From Polyangia bacterium (GTDB lineage Bacteria; Myxococcota_A; Polyangia; Nannocystales; Nannocystaceae), in NCBI GenBank assembly GCA_030424595.1, contig JAUHWG010000011.1:129130-193129 (forward strand): a stretch of 64,000 bases of DNA, written 5' to 3'. Positions 43,155 through 49,958 of this stretch are shown one piece after another. Positions within the stretch are counted from its first letter, which is position 1, and the number at the start of each line of letters is the position of its first letter. Below the pieces are notes generated by a model that saw only the letters and a list, made by a program, of their open reading frames with translations, was not told where the DNA came from and did no database searches. Both the position numbers and the translations under genes were made by a program.

Positions 43155-43994
43155 ATGGGCCTCGCCCTGCGGCCGGCGGCGACCGTCTTCACCGCGCGGC
43201 GCTCGCGGGGACGCTACGGCAACGCCCTCCAGTGGCACCTCGGCCTCGATCCCCACGACGGCCTGCCGCAGCTCGATTGGGAGGACCGGATCGAGCTGAA
43301 GATCATCACCGTGTGGCGCCGCGGCGGGAGGGTGGTCTGCGACAAGCTCAAGGTCTGCGATCTCGCCCACGACCCGTGGCACAAGCTCTCGAACGTTCTC
43401 TGGGTCTTCGTCGATCGCCTGACGCGAGTCGTCATCGGCCATCGTTTCACGCGTCTGGCCGGGGCTTCCCGGGAATTGCTCGAGACGAGCTGGCTCCTCG
43501 ATCCCCACTTCGACAGCCCCTCGCTCTTCGTCGAGGCGCGCGAGCAGGATGATCGCCAGGCGCCGGCCTACTACCTGTCGGCGCACTACCTTCGGGAGTC
43601 GGGGATCGTCCCCTCAGAGCTACCTGGGGTCTTCGCCTTTGATCCCAAGTGGATGCGAGAAGCACGGAGTAGCCATCGCGGTGCCGAGCCGCTCTTCACC
43701 CTCTGGAGGGGTCAGGCGGAGTCGGATCTCTGCTGTCCCCGCTGCGGAGGGCGGATCCGGACCGATCTCGGGACGGTCCGCGAGGTGGGCAGCGCACCCG
43801 CGGTGCACGCCCTCGCAGGGGGGACGGTGTGTGCACTTCGCGCTCACTGCGTGATCGATGTTGGGCGCCTGCCGATAGGTGAGCACCATCCTGGACGGCG
43901 CGAGCTCGAGGAGGCCCTCGAGGATCGGTGTCCACCGGAGCGCGTTTGGCGTCTGACCGATCGGGTGATGGAGCCCGAGGACCACCTGCACTAG
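43155..43994 (+). CDS. MutH/Sau3AI-family endonuclease-like protein with a C-terminal Cys4 zinc-ribbon region
   Basis: RGRYGNALQWHLGLDPHDGLPQLDWEDRIELKIITVW aligns to E. coli MutH [36 protein letters not shown] (D-x6-7-E-x-K). HKLSNVLWVFVD aligns to MutH HKLKRVLWIPVE. CCPRCGGRIR...CALRAHC is the zinc ribbon. GGAGG lies 6 nt upstream of the ATG at 43155. Confidence 0.7.
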   Translation: MGLALRPAATVFTARRSRGRYGNALQWHLGLDPHDGLPQLDWEDRIELKIITVWRRGGRVVCDKLKVCDLAHDPWHKLSNVLWVFVDRLTRVVIGHRFTRLAGASRELLETSWLLDPHFDSPSLFVEAREQDDRQAPAYYLSAHYLRESGIVPSELPGVFAFDPKWMREARSSHRGAEPLFTLWRGQAESDLCCPRCGGRIRTDLGTVREVGSAPAVHALAGGTVCALRAHCVIDVGRLPIGEHHPGRRELEEALEDRCPPERVWRLTDRVMEPEDHLH

Positions 43995-44148
43995 CAGGTC
44001 TCGCGCCGCGATCGTCGGTCCGGGTCCTGGGCCTCAGGTCTCTGGGGCTGTAGCGCAGGTCTTGGCGGATCCGAGAGGGCCGAGGGCAAGAGCGCGTGGG
44101 CTCTGGCCACGGGCTAGAGATCCCGTTCGGTCTCGGTCGCCTGGTATG

Positions 44149-44200
44149 GCAGACCGGTGCAGACCGGTGCAGACCGGTGCAGACCGGTGCAGACCGGTCA
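44149..44200. repeat. Minisatellite: 5 tandem units of the 10 bp gcagaccggt
   Basis: Read directly from the sequence. It is ~150 nt downstream of the MutH-like gene. Confidence 0.85.
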
Positions 44201-44299
44201 TGGTCCCCGGTCGGCTCGTTCGCGAGCTGCGAAGCCGAGACTCCATCAACCAAAACGAGAACCCAGGACAACTGACCAAGTCGTCCTGGGTCCCCCCCC

Positions 44300-44760
44300 A
44301 GTTCTAAGTTGTTTCAGCACCGACCATGCGTAGGCGCTATCTGCGGAAAAACTATGTTCAAGCTAGCGGAAGACCAAGTTCAGGCGAAGGAGTAAGGGAA
44401 AGCCAAGATCTAGTCGTTAAGGAGGAAACGAACCGAAGTGAGGAGCGGGGGCGCTCAAGCGGTAAGCGAGCGCCGAAAGATAAGGGCAAGTCAGAAGGTA
44501 CGAAGGCGAGGCTAGGATAGAAAAGGTGCCAAGCTAGCGAACGGAAGTCTTGCAGATAGGGCCCGTCATTGACGGACAGTCCCGGTAGATGCAGACGCAG
44601 TGCCATCTTGTCAAAGTGTTGAAATTATTGAAGATGGTGTCCTGGCATTGTCCGACGTGTCCTACCCTGTGCCCTAGGTATGACTCCCATGTCATGATCC
44701 CCGCCCTGTCACGGTCGGCGCCCATGACATCGATGTCATAGCTGCGGCATCGAGGTCAGA
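44300..44760. other. Purine-rich (AG-rich) low-GC non-coding island upstream of argC
   Basis: Runs such as aaggagtaagggaaagccaag, gttaaggaggaaacgaaccgaagtgaggag, gaaagataagggcaagtcagaaggtacgaaggcgaggctaggatagaaaagg. The only ORF (44326..44520) has a GC3 pattern foreign to this genome. An AT-rich stretch tcaaagtgttgaaattattgaagatgg lies at 44611-44637. Confidence 0.6.
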
Positions 44761-44830
44761 CGGGCGCGAACGGTCGTTGAGAGCGGTCGGCTGGCGGAGC
44801 GTCGAGTGGTACAAGCCGGCTGAGGACGAC

Positions 44831-45931
44831 ATGACGATCGCATTGACACGGAAGGCAAGTGAGGCTCGTTTTCGCGCGGCTCTGATCGGCGGTACCGGCT
44901 ACGGCGGTGCCGAGCTGATCCGACTGCTCATCACCCACCCCGAGGTGGAACTCGCGCGCGTGACCAGCATCGACCGAGTGGGCGAGCCGCTGGAGGCGGT
45001 TCATCGGACCCTCCCCACGACCGGGCTGACCTACGAGAAGATGTCGGCGAGAGATGCGGCGGCCGGTGTTGATGTCGTCTTCCTCGCTCTTCCGCACAAG
45101 GTCAGCGCGACGATGGCGGCCGAGCTTCAGGGGGTCGAGGCTCGGATCATCGACCTCTCTGGGGACTTCCGGCTCCGCGACGCCGAGGCCTACGCCAAGT
45201 TCTACGGCGGTGAGCATCCCCATCCTGAGGAGCTCGGGAGCTTCGTCTACGGACTGCCAGAGCTCAACCGAGCGGCGATCCGGGGGGCTCGAAGGGTCGC
45301 GTCTCCGGGCTGTTTCGCGACGACGATCGCCCTCGGCCTGCTGCCGCTCGCCAAGGGCGGCCTCCTCCGCGGCGCGATCCACACGGTCGCCTGTACGGGC
45401 TCCTCCGGGTCGGGGGCCTACGCGAGCGCGGGAACCCATCACCCCACCCGCGCCGGCAACCTCAAGATCTACAAACCCCTCGTCCATCAGCACACGCCGG
45501 AGATCGAGCAGACCCTCGGGGATGCGTGCGTCCTCGGCGGTCATGAGGCGAGCTTCTCGCTCTCGTTCGTCCCTGTCTCCGCGCCGCTCGTCCGGGGGAT
45601 CCTCGCGAACTCCTTCGTCGAGGTCCCAGCCGAGGTCGACGATGCTCAGATCGATTCCCTCTTCCGTGATTTCTACCGCGACTCGCCTGTCGTCCGACTG
45701 CGCACCGGGGCTGAGAATGCTGAGGTCGTGGCCGTCAAGGGGACGGTTTGGGGCGATGTCTCCTGGACCCTCGGCGAGGTGGACTCGACGAGCGGGCGCC
45801 GCCAGCTCCTGGTCACGACCGCCGTCGACAACCTGGTGAAGGGGGGCGCCGGTCAGGCCGTGCAGTCGATGAACCTGATGCTCGGCCTCGACGAGTCGAC
45901 GGGCGTCACCCTCCCGGGGGTCTGGCCGTGA
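44831..45931 (+). CDS. argC: N-acetyl-gamma-glutamyl-phosphate reductase
   Basis: ALIGGTGYGGAELIRLL NAD-binding motif. Catalytic Cys context SPGCFATTIAL. ATG at 44831. Confidence 0.93.
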   Translation: MTIALTRKASEARFRAALIGGTGYGGAELIRLLITHPEVELARVTSIDRVGEPLEAVHRTLPTTGLTYEKMSARDAAAGVDVVFLALPHKVSATMAAELQGVEARIIDLSGDFRLRDAEAYAKFYGGEHPHPEELGSFVYGLPELNRAAIRGARRVASPGCFATTIALGLLPLAKGGLLRGAIHTVACTGSSGSGAYASAGTHHPTRAGNLKIYKPLVHQHTPEIEQTLGDACVLGGHEASFSLSFVPVSAPLVRGILANSFVEVPAEVDDAQIDSLFRDFYRDSPVVRLRTGAENAEVVAVKGTVWGDVSWTLGEVDSTSGRRQLLVTTAVDNLVKGGAGQAVQSMNLMLGLDESTGVTLPGVWP

Positions 45932-46776
45932 GCCCGCGGGCGGTCCTCAAGATCGGCGGCGATCTGCTCTCAAGGCCGGAGGCGCTCTCGGAGGTGCTCC
46001 GCGACGTCGCCTCGCTGGTCGCTGAGGGGTGGCGCTTCGTCCTCTGTCACGGCGGTGGGCCCCAGGCCAGCGATCTTCAGGCGCGCCTCGGCATGCTGAC
46101 GCGCAAGGTCGGCGGCCGGAGGATCACCGACACGGCCACGCTTCAGGTGATGAAGCAGGTGCTCGCCGGGGAGGTGAACGTCGATCTCGTCGCGACCGCG
46201 CTGGCGGCGGGGATCGACGCGATCGGCCTCTCAGGGGTCAGCGGAGGGCTCGTGAAGGCACGACGGCGGCCTCCGATCGTCGTCAGCGGAGGGGGCGACG
46301 CGCCGATCGACTTCGGCTATGTCGGCGATGTCGTGGGCATCCGCACGGAGCTCATCGAGCATCTTTGGGCGGGCGGTTGGACGCCTGTGCTCAGCACGCT
46401 GGGGGTCGACACTGAGGCTGAGGGGGCCTCTGCGCCTGTCTTTAATATCAACGCGGATACGGTCTCGGCGGCGATCGCTGGCGCTCTGAAGGCCGATCAC
46501 CTCTTCGCGATGACCAACGTGCCTGGGGTTCTCCGCGACAAGGACGACCTGACCACTCGGATCCCGCGACTGACCTCGAGCGAGGCGAAGCGGGCGATCG
46601 CCGACGGGATCATCGTCGGCGGGATGATCCCGAAGATCGAGGAGGCGCTGCGCAACCTGGCGCGAGGTATCGGCGCGATACACATCCTCGGCGTCGGTGC
46701 GGGGGTGCTCGCGGAGGAGGCGGCGACGCCGGGCTCGCGCGGAACGGTGCTCGTCGCGGGTTCGGCGAGCGCGTAG
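45928..46776 (+). CDS. argB: Acetylglutamate kinase
   Basis: AVLKIGGDLL...FVLCHGGGPQ...NINADTVSAAIAGAL amino-acid-kinase motifs. The GTG start overlaps the argC stop (GTGA). Confidence 0.9.
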   Translation: MSPRAVLKIGGDLLSRPEALSEVLRDVASLVAEGWRFVLCHGGGPQASDLQARLGMLTRKVGGRRITDTATLQVMKQVLAGEVNVDLVATALAAGIDAIGLSGVSGGLVKARRRPPIVVSGGGDAPIDFGYVGDVVGIRTELIEHLWAGGWTPVLSTLGVDTEAEGASAPVFNINADTVSAAIAGALKADHLFAMTNVPGVLRDKDDLTTRIPRLTSSEAKRAIADGIIVGGMIPKIEEALRNLARGIGAIHILGVGAGVLAEEAATPGSRGTVLVAGSASA

Positions 46777-46928
46777 CGTGGTGCTCGCGGAGGAGGCGGC
46801 GACGCCGGGCTCGCGCGGAACGGTGCTCGTCGCGGGTTCGGCGAGCGCGTAGCGTGGTGCTCGCGGAGGAGGCGGTGGCGCCGGGCTCGCGCGGAACGGT
46901 GCTCGTCGCGGGTTCGGCGAGCGCGTAG
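46701..46928 (+). repeat. 76-bp unit present in 3 tandem copies; copy 1 is the last 76 nt of argB including TAG, and copies 2-3 are downstream
   Basis: The period is exactly 76 nt (gcgtag ends at 46776, 46852 and 46928). Copies differ at only 2-3 positions. Confidence 0.85.
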
Positions 46929-47110
46929 AGGATGCTCCCAGAGGAGACAGCGATCGCAGATCGCAGCGGGAGTGGTGGTGACCGCTGCATCCGCCTTCAA
47001 TGAGCGCTGGCATACGTTCGATTCCGCAGGGCGAGCTTGGCCCAGGGTCGGGAGCGCGTCCGTCGTCGCGACCTTCGAAGGGGCGCTCGGCGGCGTGTTA
47101 CAACCATTCC

Positions 47111-48349
47111 ATGGGTGGATCGAGCGAGCTACAGGCGGCGCTTTTGGCCGCGGTTGATGCCGTCTTTGCCAGCGAGCAGGTGCCGCAGGTCCAGCGCCTC
47201 GTCGATCAGCCGAGTCATACGTACGCCAAGGACGAGGTCGAGGCGGCCGCGGAGCTCCTCGACGGGGCTGCGGCAGCGCTCGGGCTGACGCTCCGGCGGA
47301 TCCCGGATCCCACGGGGCGTTTCGCCGATCATCGGATCTACAGCACTCCGGCGACGGAGGAGGACGGAGAGGCGCTGGCGCTCGTCGGTCACATCGACAC
47401 GGTCTTCCCGCGATCGCTCGGCTTTCTCAAGTTTGTCCGCGAGCCGGCCGACGGCGATGTGATCCGCGGTCCGGGCGTGCTCGACATGAAGTCAGGGCTG
47501 ACGGTGATCCTCTTCGCCCTGCGAGCGGTCAAGGAGGTCGACCCGGAGCGCTTTGAGCGGCTCAAGGTGCGCCTCGTCTGCGTCTCTGACGAGGAGGTGG
47601 GCTCGCCGAGCTCGGCTCGCGTCGTCTACGACGAGCTCGCGGCGAAGACCTCGGCGGCGATGGTCTTCGAGGCGGGTCGGGCCGAGGATCGGATCGTCAC
47701 CCGGCGAAAAGGGGGGGGATCCTTCACCGTGACGGCCTCCGGTCGTGCGGCTCACGCCGGCAACGACCATCGCGCGGGGCGCAACGCGATCCATGCGCTC
47801 GCCCTGCTGATCCCGCGGATCGAGGCGCTGACTGACTACGAGCGCGGGGTCACCGTCAACGTTGGGCTCATCGAGGGGGGGACCGCGAAGAACACGGTGC
47901 CGGACCGGGCGAGCTGCACCATCGACACGCGCTTCGAGACCGCGGCGGACGCCGAGGCTGTCTCGCAGGCCCTGCGCGCGCTCGCGGTGGATCCCTTCGC
48001 CGAGGTCATGTCGATGCCGGCCAAGCTGAAGGATGTGACCTTTGAGGTCAGCGGCGGAGTGACGCGGCCGCCGATGGAGTCGACGCCGGCGACCCAGCGC
48101 CTGCGCGAGCTCTACGAGCGACATGCGGCTGCTGTAGGGCTTCAGGTCGGCGAGGCGCCCCTCCAAGGGGGGGGCTCCGACGCCAACCTCCTGGCGGCTC
48201 AGGGGGTCCCGTGCATCGACGGGCTGGGCCCCGCCGGTCGCTACTACCATCGCGTGGAGGAGTGGAGCAGCCTCGGCAGCCTCCGCCGCCGGACCCAGGC
48301 GCTCGCGCTCTTTCTCGCCCTTGAGGATCCCGGGTCAATTCGTGACTAG
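47111..48349 (+). CDS. M20-family metallopeptidase/deacylase (ArgE/DapE/CPG2-like); possibly acetylornithine deacetylase given the arg context
   Basis: LALVGHIDTVFP metal-binding His/Asp block, DMKSGL and GGSDANLL. ATG at 47111. Confidence 0.78.
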   Translation: MGGSSELQAALLAAVDAVFASEQVPQVQRLVDQPSHTYAKDEVEAAAELLDGAAAALGLTLRRIPDPTGRFADHRIYSTPATEEDGEALALVGHIDTVFPRSLGFLKFVREPADGDVIRGPGVLDMKSGLTVILFALRAVKEVDPERFERLKVRLVCVSDEEVGSPSSARVVYDELAAKTSAAMVFEAGRAEDRIVTRRKGGGSFTVTASGRAAHAGNDHRAGRNAIHALALLIPRIEALTDYERGVTVNVGLIEGGTAKNTVPDRASCTIDTRFETAADAEAVSQALRALAVDPFAEVMSMPAKLKDVTFEVSGGVTRPPMESTPATQRLRELYERHAAAVGLQVGEAPLQGGGSDANLLAAQGVPCIDGLGPAGRYYHRVEEWSSLGSLRRRTQALALFLALEDPGSIRD

Positions 48350-48354
48350 CGGCC

Positions 48355-48646
48355 CGTGTCGAAAGTCCCGTGTGCTCTCGCGCCGCAATCGTCGGCCCTC
48401 TTGGCTTCGACGAAACGCCGCTGTACCGGGCCGTACCGCAAGTTTCGGCGGGGCCGAGAGGGCCGACGAGGGCAAGCGAGAGTGCGCGGGACTCTTGCCA
48501 CGGTCTGCTAGAGGCCCGCAGCGTGGCGAAGATCGGGCCTAGGCTCGATCTGCGAGGCCGGACGTGCCAGGTTGGGGGCGCGGGACTTTTGCCACGGTGC
48601 CGTTGGCTGTCCGGGCTTGCCCGGCTACTTTCGACGTGCGAAAACC
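48355..48646. repeat. ~290-bp non-coding element bounded by an imperfect inverted repeat (cgtgtcgaaagt ... actttcgacgtg); it contains two 21-bp direct repeats (gcgcgggactcttgccacggt / gcgcgggacttttgccacggt)
   Basis: Read directly from the sequence. It is somewhat lower in GC and lies between the M20 gene stop and the CNNM-type gene start. Confidence 0.6.
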
Positions 48647-48657
48647 GAGCTTAGAAG

Positions 48658-49950
48658 ATGAGTGACGCCGACACCCTCGGGGTGCTGACCGCAGTTCTCT
48701 GCCTTATAGGCAGCATGTTCTTCTCAGGGTCGGAGACCGCAATCACCTCCCTGGACGACCGCCGGACCCGGCGAACCGTCGAAGAGGGGGGATTTCGTGG
48801 GCGAGTCCTCAAGTCCTGGGTGGAGCACCCGGTCAAGGTCCTGTCGACGATCCTGATCGGGAACAACATCACCAACACCTTGATGGGCGCGGTGGTCACG
48901 GCGATCGCGATCCGCCACCTCGGCGACGGCCCGAACGCTGACTACGCGGTCGCCTTCGCGGTCACGGTGACGACCGCCCTGCTCCTGATCTTCGGCGAGA
49001 TCACGCCCAAGGCGATCGGGCGGGTCTTCGCCGACAAGGTCTCGGTCCCGGCGCTCTGGCTCATCAACCTCCTGTCGCGGGTGCTCTGGCCGGTGCTCTG
49101 GGTCGTCACGCGGATGACGAACCTGATGATCAACCGTCTGATCACGAGCTCCGGGACGGGCGTGATCAACCGGGTGACCGCCGACGAGATCGGCTACCTG
49201 GTCGACGTCGGTCACCGCGAGGGGTCGATCCGCGCCGGTCAGGCGGCGCTCCTCCAGGGGATCATCCGCTTCGAGGACAAGATCGTCCGCGACATCATGG
49301 TCCCGAGCGATCGGGTGACCGCGGTCAACCTCGCCTGGCACGTCGACCGGATCCGCGAGATCGCGATGCGCAGCGGTCATAGCCGGATGCCGGTCTTCGA
49401 CGGTGACATCAACAACATCGTCGGCATCCTCCACATCAAGCAGCTCGTCGGCGAGCCCGACTCGGGGACGGTCGAGCGGATCACCCGCTCGCCGGTCTTC
49501 ATCTCCGAGTCGCTGCGCCTCCACGATCTTCTCCAGCGCTTCCGCGAGCAGCGCGTCCACCTGGCGATCGTCGTCGATGACTCGGGGGACACGGCGGGGG
49601 TCGTCACCCTGGAGGACGTGCTCGAGCAGATCGTCGGCCAGATCTTCGACGAGAGCGACAGAGCGCCGCCCCTGTCGGGCCAGGAGCAGGCGGGGCTCGC
49701 CCACTTCGACGGTCAGGACACCCTGACGACCGTCGAAGAGCGGCTCGGGTTCGAGATCGAGGAGGAGATCGAGGGCGTCGTCAGCATCGGCGACCTGCTC
49801 ACCCACCTCGCCGGACAGATCCCGATCGCGAGCTCGGTCTTCGTCTGGGAGGGGCTCCGCTTCAAGGTGCTCGCGGCGGATGTACGCCACGTCATCCGGG
49901 TCAGCGTCGAGCAGGTCGAGGTCGAGGTCGACGACGACGACGACGATTGA
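48658..49950 (+). CDS. CNNM/CorC/TlyC-family transporter (DUF21 TM domain + CBS pair + CorC_HlyC); ends in a poly-Asp tail encoded by (GAC)n
   Basis: N-terminal 4-TM DUF21. Tandem CBS. C-terminal transporter-associated domain. Terminal VEVEVDDDDDD. Confidence 0.85.
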   Translation: MSDADTLGVLTAVLCLIGSMFFSGSETAITSLDDRRTRRTVEEGGFRGRVLKSWVEHPVKVLSTILIGNNITNTLMGAVVTAIAIRHLGDGPNADYAVAFAVTVTTALLLIFGEITPKAIGRVFADKVSVPALWLINLLSRVLWPVLWVVTRMTNLMINRLITSSGTGVINRVTADEIGYLVDVGHREGSIRAGQAALLQGIIRFEDKIVRDIMVPSDRVTAVNLAWHVDRIREIAMRSGHSRMPVFDGDINNIVGILHIKQLVGEPDSGTVERITRSPVFISESLRLHDLLQRFREQRVHLAIVVDDSGDTAGVVTLEDVLEQIVGQIFDESDRAPPLSGQEQAGLAHFDGQDTLTTVEERLGFEIEEEIEGVVSIGDLLTHLAGQIPIASSVFVWEGLRFKVLAADVRHVIRVSVEQVEVEVDDDDDD

Positions 49951-49958
49951 GCGTCGCC

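Noticed and set aside
44326-44520. 64-aa Lys/Arg/Glu-rich ORF inside the purine-rich island
   Set aside because: Its codon usage (A/T-ending codons, aga/agg Arg) is unlike every confident gene in the window. The charged sequence is a by-product of the purine-rich DNA. It is better treated as non-coding pending expression data.
48484-48600. Sigma-54 promoter reading of the ttgccacgg direct repeats
   Set aside because: Neither orientation gives the TGGCAC-N5-TTGC spacing of -24/-12 elements. Only partial matches are present.
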